From Pseudomonadota bacterium (GTDB lineage Bacteria > Bdellovibrionota_G > JALEGL01 > DATDPG01): 64,000 bases of DNA. The stretch lies in assembly GCA_043809315.1 (NCBI GenBank), contig JAZDDX010000017.1, positions 32,001 to 96,000 on the forward strand. The letters run 5' to 3'. Positions 58,285-64,000 of the stretch are shown here, one piece after another. The notes under the pieces are model-generated. The model saw only the letters and a program-made list of their open reading frames with translations. It was not told where the DNA came from and did not search any database. Position 1 is the stretch's first letter; every line of letters starts with the position of its first letter. The translations under genes were made by a program, and so were the position numbers.

Positions 58285-60717
58285 TCACCGTTGCGCGACG
58301 TCGGTGCGCGACAGAAGCGATCGCCAGGGGGCCGCGTACGCAGGCTCTTTTTCGAGTGCCCGCCGCCAGAATCCCTCCGCACTGAGACGGTCCCCCCGCA
58401 CGGCGGCCAGATCCCCCAGGACCGAAAGCGCCCGGTATCCCCAGACGGTGTCGGCCGAGGCGATCGTGAGGGCCCGTTCCGCCTCGCTCAACCGCTTCTG
58501 TCGGGTCAGTGCACGTCCCATCCAGTAATGGGACATTGCACTGATCGGGTTGATCCGAATCGCCTCGCGGAACGCCGCCAGCGCAGCATCGGTGTCGCCG
58601 AGTGCTAAGAGCACGCGACCGGTGTAAACGTTGGTGTACTCCAATGCCGGACCGAGTGATTTTGCGCGGCGGAAGGAGACGAGTGCGGCTTGAAGCTGCC
58701 CGGCTTCCATCTGGGCGAGGCCGGTCAGCGCGTACCCGAGCGCGGTGTCCGGACGCCGACGGGAGAGTTTCTGGAACGTCGTCACGAACGACTTCGAGTC
58801 CAGTGGGAGAGTCTCGCTGTCGAGTCGTCGCCAGAGATCGGATCGTTCGCGCAGTCCGGCCCGGCTGACCGTCGCGTCGGCCACGTCCAGCGCCTCATCG
58901 TCCCGTTTTTTCTCGATAAGAAGGTTCACGAGATAAAAGTACGGATCGAGCCACTCGGGTCGCTCCGCGAGGACGGCGCGGTAGGAGCGGACCGCGTCCT
59001 CGACGCTTCCCTTCCTCTCGAGGATCCGGGCGCGCTCGAACTGGGCCTCGGCGGAGTTCGGATGTCCCGCCAGGAAGGCGTCGATCGCGTTCAGGGCACC
59101 CTGATCCCCTCGTACGGTGCGGATCGCTCGAGATTGCGAGATCACGAGGTCGGGCGAATCCGAGAGGATGACCGGGAGCGTCCGCGCCAGCTCGGCCGCC
59201 TCGATCTCGCGTCCGCTCCGGGTCAGGATCCGGATCAGTTCCCGCGAAGCGGTGAGTAAATCCTCTTCCCGGGCGTGATTTCGGTATCTCGTCCCGATAT
59301 CACGGAGATGGCGCTCCGCCAGGGCAAGGTTGTTGTCGATGCGGCTGTAGATCAACGCGAGTTCGAGACGGGCGGGGGAAAAGGTGGAGCTGGCCCGCAA
59401 CGCGTCCTGGTACCAACGCTTCGCGCCGGCATAGTCCCGGCCCCGTTCTTGGATCGTTCCGATCCGGTAGAGCGCGCGCGGATCGTTCGGCGCCTGCGCG
59501 AGCCTTCGTTCGAAGGCGTCGAGCGAGGCGGCCGGCTCCGCCTTCAAGAAGAGCGCCTCCCCCGATAGATCGTATGCCTCGAGCAGGCTCGGATTCTGGG
59601 CTCCGGCGCGGGTGGCGAGCGAGATCGCTTGATCGAGGGAGACCTGATCTTGGGAGAGGGAGATCAACACCCGGGAGCGCGTCAGGAGCGCCCACGCGTT
59701 TTCCGGATCCACTTCAAGTGCTTGCTGGCTCGAGCTGCGAGCCAGCGCGACGTTCCTGGATCCGAGTGCGGTGCGGGCTTTGGCCACGAGCCCCTCGACC
59801 CTCCTGGGAAAGAGGCGCTGGAAAAAATCAATCGTATCGAGCGTGGCGGCTGAGAACCGGGGATCCTGCTTCCAGGCGGCGGTGAATCCGTACGCCAATA
59901 CGAGCAGGGCGAACGCGTCGGCAGAGGTCGGGTCGGCGACGAGGGCCTGCTCGCAGAGCGACATCGCGACCTCGAGTTCCTCCGGACGATCCGAAGCGAT
60001 CACCTTCCGCCCTTGTTCCATCAGCGCATCGGACGGACGGGACGGGGGAGGAACGCGTTTCATGAGATGGGTCGCGAATTTCGCCAGCTCTCCGGGGGTC
60101 GCGAGGGGGGGTTGATAGGTGACGACGCGATAGATGGCCCAGGAGGCGGCGAATGCCATGAACAGAAAACCGAACCCCTGGGACAGCTCGGCGGGGCGGT
60201 AATACCGGCGGAAGAGGCGGATGATCGTGGAGGTCCGTGCCGGCGGCGGCGCCGGCTTCTGTTCACGGAGGGCGGAGCGGAATTTCCCGAACCGTTTGGC
60301 GGCCGCCGTTTTCCCCTGCGGGGAGATCAAGGGATCGTCCGGTCGGATCTCGCCCATGCGGATCCACTCCTCGACCGAGCCTTCCGATGCCAGCTCGATC
60401 ATCCGGCCATCCCGGAAGACCTTCCATTGGGAGTGCTCCCGCTGGGCCGGCTTTTTTTTCACCTCTTTCCGGCAGTTCGGGCAGATCGGGAGGACCTCGG
60501 TCATGTCCGCGGCGTATTCGCGGGAACAGGTCAGGCAGGTCCGTTTCGCGATCTTCCGATCCTCGAAGATGATGTCCGAGGAGTGGCCGGCGGCGGTGGA
60601 CGGAACGATCCGGAAGGAAGCCTGACAGAAGGGACACGACGAGGCGTAGCCGCGCGGGCCGACCTCCTCCACCGAGACGACGAAATCGGTGCGGCAGTCC
60701 CGACAGGTGATCCGCAT
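58285..60717 (-). CDS. Zinc-ribbon + GYF-like + TM + periplasmic TPR protein
   Basis: CRDC..CPFC and CLTC..CPNC, W.V..W...G.I.PDD segment, one TM, many TPR-like repeats. Confidence 0.8.
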   Translation of the reverse strand: MRITCRDCRTDFVVSVEEVGPRGYASSCPFCQASFRIVPSTAAGHSSDIIFEDRKIAKRTCLTCSREYAADMTEVLPICPNCRKEVKKKPAQREHSQWKVFRDGRMIELASEGSVEEWIRMGEIRPDDPLISPQGKTAAAKRFGKFRSALREQKPAPPPARTSTIIRLFRRYYRPAELSQGFGFLFMAFAASWAIYRVVTYQPPLATPGELAKFATHLMKRVPPPSRPSDALMEQGRKVIASDRPEELEVAMSLCEQALVADPTSADAFALLVLAYGFTAAWKQDPRFSAATLDTIDFFQRLFPRRVEGLVAKARTALGSRNVALARSSSQQALEVDPENAWALLTRSRVLISLSQDQVSLDQAISLATRAGAQNPSLLEAYDLSGEALFLKAEPAASLDAFERRLAQAPNDPRALYRIGTIQERGRDYAGAKRWYQDALRASSTFSPARLELALIYSRIDNNLALAERHLRDIGTRYRNHAREEDLLTASRELIRILTRSGREIEAAELARTLPVILSDSPDLVISQSRAIRTVRGDQGALNAIDAFLAGHPNSAEAQFERARILERKGSVEDAVRSYRAVLAERPEWLDPYFYLVNLLIEKKRDDEALDVADATVSRAGLRERSDLWRRLDSETLPLDSKSFVTTFQKLSRRRPDTALGYALTGLAQMEAGQLQAALVSFRRAKSLGPALEYTNVYTGRVLLALGDTDAALAAFREAIRINPISAMSHYWMGRALTRQKRLSEAERALTIASADTVWGYRALSVLGDLAAVRGDRLSAEGFWRRALEKEPAYAAPWRSLLSRTDVAQR

Positions 60718-60750
60718 GCCCGGCGATCATAGCACGGGATCGGGAGTTGA

Positions 60751-62310
60751 TCAGTGCCGGAAGTGCCGGACACCGGTCACGAGCATGGCGAGCCCGTGCT
60801 CGTCGGCAGCGGCGATCACTTCCTCGTCCCGGAGCGAACCCCCCGGCTGAACGATCGCGGTGACGCCGCGGGCGGCCGCCTCATCGACACCGTCCCGGAA
60901 CGGGAAGAAGGCGTCGGAGGCCAGGGCGCTCCCGGTGAGTTTCTTTGGATCCGCCTTCATGGCTGCGATCCGGGCCGAATCGACCCGGCTCATCTGTCCC
61001 GCCCCGATCCCGACGGTCTGGAACCGGTTCGCGATCACGATCGCATTCGACTTCACGTGCTTGGCGACCCTCCAGGCGAGATCCAGCCCCTCCATCTCCG
61101 CCGGAGTCGGGGCGCGACGGGTCACGACCCGGGCGGAATCGAGCGGCTCGATGTCGCGATCACGCTGCTGGATGAGATACCCATCGACTGCACGGCGGAT
61201 GTCGAAACCGCCGAGAAGCGGGGAGGTTTTTTTCGCGTCGACCTCGAGGAGACGGAGGTTCTTCTTCTTCCCGAGAAGTTCCAACGTCTGCACGTCGAAG
61301 GCGGGGGCGATGACGATCTCGGTGAACGTTTTGGCGCAGGTTTCGGCCGTCTCCGGATCGAGCGGATGGGAGAAGATCACGATTCCGCCGAAGGCGGAGA
61401 TCGGATCGCACTCCAACGCCCGCTCGTACGCTTCGCGGAGCGAGTGATCGGAAAGACCGACCCCGCAGGGGTTTGTGTGTTTCAGGATCGCCACGGAATA
61501 GCGTCCGGGGAGTTCGCCGGAGAGGTCGATGGCGGCGGCGACATCCATCAGGTTGTTATAGGAAAGGACCTTCCCCTGGAGCACGCGCTCGAGAGCGGTT
61601 TTTCCCTGGAGGGCTGCCGGAAGATAGAAAGCGCCGGTCTGATGCGGGTTCTCCCCATACCGGAGCTCCCACTTTCGCTCGAGAGCGAGTGGGTAGTAAT
61701 TCGGCGGGGCGGAATCCTTCCGCTGGAAGTAGCGGGCGATCGTCGCGTCGTACGCGGCGGTTCGTTCAAAGACCCGGCGGGCCAGGGCTTCGCGGTAGGC
61801 CAGGGTCGTCGACCCTCCGTGGGTTCGGAGTTCGTCGAGAAGCCCTTCGTATTGCGAAGGCTCCGTTACGACCGCGACGAACGAGAAGTTCTTGGCGGCT
61901 GCGCGAAGGAGCGTCGGCCCGCCGATGTCGATCTCCTCGATCACCTCCGCGGCCGGTTTTCCCTCCACGGCGCTCGCGGCTTCGAACGGGTAAAGGTTCA
62001 CGACGACCAGGTCGATCGGGACATAGTCACGGAGCTTCAAGTCTTCCATGTGCCTGGGGTTGTCCCGTATCGCGAGAATCCCGCCGTGGATCTTCGGATG
62101 CAGCGTCTTCAATCGCCCGTCCAACATCTCGGGTGCGCCTGTGAAGTCCCCGACTTCAACGACGTCGAACCCTTTCTCGCGCAGATATTTCGCGGTTCCT
62201 CCGGAAGAGAGAATCTCGATCTCGAACTCCCGCAACCCGGCCGCGAGAACATCTAGGTTCTTCTTATCGCTTACACTTACAAGAGCGCGGCGAGTCGGGG
62301 AGGAGGACAT
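60751..62310 (-). CDS. purH: Bifunctional AICAR transformylase/IMP cyclohydrolase
   Basis: [57 protein letters not shown]. Confidence 0.98.
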   Translation of the reverse strand: MSSSPTRRALVSVSDKKNLDVLAAGLREFEIEILSSGGTAKYLREKGFDVVEVGDFTGAPEMLDGRLKTLHPKIHGGILAIRDNPRHMEDLKLRDYVPIDLVVVNLYPFEAASAVEGKPAAEVIEEIDIGGPTLLRAAAKNFSFVAVVTEPSQYEGLLDELRTHGGSTTLAYREALARRVFERTAAYDATIARYFQRKDSAPPNYYPLALERKWELRYGENPHQTGAFYLPAALQGKTALERVLQGKVLSYNNLMDVAAAIDLSGELPGRYSVAILKHTNPCGVGLSDHSLREAYERALECDPISAFGGIVIFSHPLDPETAETCAKTFTEIVIAPAFDVQTLELLGKKKNLRLLEVDAKKTSPLLGGFDIRRAVDGYLIQQRDRDIEPLDSARVVTRRAPTPAEMEGLDLAWRVAKHVKSNAIVIANRFQTVGIGAGQMSRVDSARIAAMKADPKKLTGSALASDAFFPFRDGVDEAAARGVTAIVQPGGSLRDEEVIAAADEHGLAMLVTGVRHFRH

Positions 62311-63734
62311 CAGAGCCGGGGCATGGCGGCGATGAGCGCCTTGAGATCGTTGTCGGTGAACTGGATCCCGGCCCCGGCGAAGGCGTTCCGGCCGCCCACC
62401 TTTGTGGCGACGTCATCCACACCGCCGGTCAAGAGAAGGTGCTTGTAAAGGATGAACGTGCCGTAGGCACGGATATGGGCCCGGTTTCCGGGGCGGGAGA
62501 AGTCGAACGCCTCCACGCTCAGCATCAAACGGTCTTTGAGTAGGTGATAATCCATGCCGGCCCCCCCGGAGCTTCGGAGGAGTCCCGCCCGGAACGTGAC
62601 GTCCCAGAACCGTTTCGCAAGCATGATCGTGAAGAGGAGATCGTTGCTGGTCTGAACGGTCTGGGTGGTCGTGACCACGTTCCCGCCGGCGCTGACGACG
62701 GTGTCGACGACGCGGGCCCTGCCCCTCGGTGCGTCGACCAACTCGATCAAGAGGTATTTGTCGGGAGCCGGCGCAATCGTGATCCCGACGAGATTCTGCA
62801 TCTGCTTGTCGGAGATCAGGTACTCGCCGCGATACCGGACGCCGAGCTGAATCTTACGGATCAATCCGAAGGTTTCGTTCAGACCCTCGACGGCGTTGTT
62901 CAGGTTGTTGACCGTCGTTTCATCGTTCAAAAGCTTCCCGACCGATCCCTCGCCCCGTTCCACCTTGTCGACGATCTTCTCGAGCGATCCCAGCGTGCGA
63001 TCCAGCCGTTCCGCGGCGCGGGTGACGCTCCCTGTTTTACCAAGGGAGTCCTTCATCGCCTCCGCCACGTCGTTCAGGGCGACCAGGACGGTATGAATCT
63101 GCTCTTTGTTCTCCCCCGTGATGTCGTTCAGGTCTTCCGAGAACGACTCGAGGTTCTCCACGATCCGGTTGATCCGCCCCTGGTTCCCCCCGACGATGTC
63201 GACCATCTTCCCTGAGAGGTCGCGCAGATTCACGACAATCTTCCCGAGCGCCCCTTTCGGCTGGTCCGACGTCATCAACTCTCGGAGCGTGTCCGAGGTC
63301 TCCGCCAATGCGTTCGAGATCTTTTCGAAGTCGCTGCGGGAATAGGTCTTCGGGATCTCCCCCCCATTTTCGAGAAGCGGGCGGTCCGGAGTGCCGGGAT
63401 TCAGCTGGACGTACTTGTCGCCGAGAACCCCCCGGTCCCGGATCGAAAGGGAGGCGTTGTCGTAGACCTTTACCCGTCCCTGCAACCGGACCGTAACGTA
63501 GGCCCGCCCGTCCCGGAGTTCTGTGGTTTCGACATAGCCGCACGCGATCCCGGCCGCTTCGACGGGAACCTTCCGGACCAAGCCGGTCACCGTCTCGAAA
63601 TACGCATGGTACGACTTCCCGATCCCGCCGACGGTGGAACGGTCGCTCACCTGAAGCGACATGTAGATGATCATGAGGAGGCCCAAGAGCGCGAACGTCC
63701 CGACCGCGAATTCTGTGGAAAGGAATCTCCTCAT
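62310..63734 (-). CDS. MCE/MlaD family protein with long helical region and beta-rich C-terminus
   Basis: EFAVG.F TM, F..VTGL...PV..AG, GVLGDKYVQL.PG, GSVGKLLND. Confidence 0.88.
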   Translation of the reverse strand: MRRFLSTEFAVGTFALLGLLMIIYMSLQVSDRSTVGGIGKSYHAYFETVTGLVRKVPVEAAGIACGYVETTELRDGRAYVTVRLQGRVKVYDNASLSIRDRGVLGDKYVQLNPGTPDRPLLENGGEIPKTYSRSDFEKISNALAETSDTLRELMTSDQPKGALGKIVVNLRDLSGKMVDIVGGNQGRINRIVENLESFSEDLNDITGENKEQIHTVLVALNDVAEAMKDSLGKTGSVTRAAERLDRTLGSLEKIVDKVERGEGSVGKLLNDETTVNNLNNAVEGLNETFGLIRKIQLGVRYRGEYLISDKQMQNLVGITIAPAPDKYLLIELVDAPRGRARVVDTVVSAGGNVVTTTQTVQTSNDLLFTIMLAKRFWDVTFRAGLLRSSGGAGMDYHLLKDRLMLSVEAFDFSRPGNRAHIRAYGTFILYKHLLLTGGVDDVATKVGGRNAFAGAGIQFTDNDLKALIAAMPRL

Positions 63735-64000
63735 AAAACCTTGCTCTCGTGGCTCGCCTGCGCTTGTAAGAATTCTCTCACGAACGGGTGCCCCGAACGA
63801 TGAAATTGTTCGGGGGTTGAATACTCAACGATCTTCCCTCTGTAAAGCATGCCGACCTTGTGCGCCACGCGGTAGCTCAAGGCGAGGTCGTGGCTGATGA
63901 GAACGATCGTCATCCCGTGACGTTTGTGGGTTTCAAGGATCAGTTCGACGATCTGATCGGTGATGATCGGATCGAGGCCGGTGGTCGGCTCGTCGAAGAG
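63731..64000 (-). CDS. ABC transporter ATP-binding protein (MlaF-like), partial
   Basis: LFDEPTTGLDPI..ISHDL..HPFVREFL C-terminus; enters from the right edge, upstream of the MCE gene. Confidence 0.88.
   Translation of the reverse strand, partial: LFDEPTTGLDPIITDQIVELILETHKRHGMTIVLISHDLALSYRVAHKVGMLYRGKIVEYSTPEQFHRSGHPFVREFLQAQASHESKVL

Overview
Bacterial chromosome window, probably from a deltaproteobacterial-type lineage (Myxococcota/Bdellovibrionota-like, inferred from mglBA after dnaX-recR, a MYXO-CTERM-like sorting signal and DUF4388/ZnR-GYF-TPR proteins). Right half (~34.9-64 kb) is core genome: tRNA-Ser(GCT), a sigma-54-driven surface protein, SRP RNA, dnaX-recR-mglBA, gpmI, a frameshifted ppiD-like gene, mreBCD-mrdA-rodA, trxA, ccsA-hemACDB, tsaC, purD, purH and mlaD/mlaF-like genes. 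Left half (~1-34.8 kb) is a tandem array of at least three genomic islands integrated at the tRNA-Ser 3' end. Copies of that 3' end occur at 986, 10890 and 27703, each with an IHF-like site at +66 and an island-specific arm-type repeat pair at +133/134. Island A (27.7-34.8 kb, no integrase) holds a highly structured ~200-nt non-coding element, an ICMT-family methyltransferase, a PilZ-PilZ-GNAT-like protein, a dual-kinase 7TM hybrid sensor and a receiver protein. Island B (10.9-27.7 kb) is an integrative element (xis-int, phage-O-like Rep with internal iterons, Replic_Relax relaxase, two RHH-like regulators) with trehalose/ion-homeostasis cargo; an ISL3 has inserted inside its right att region. 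Island C (1.0-10.9 kb) holds a complete pho/pst/porin phosphate module plus a Fic protein. All calls come from motif reading by eye; no database searches were run.
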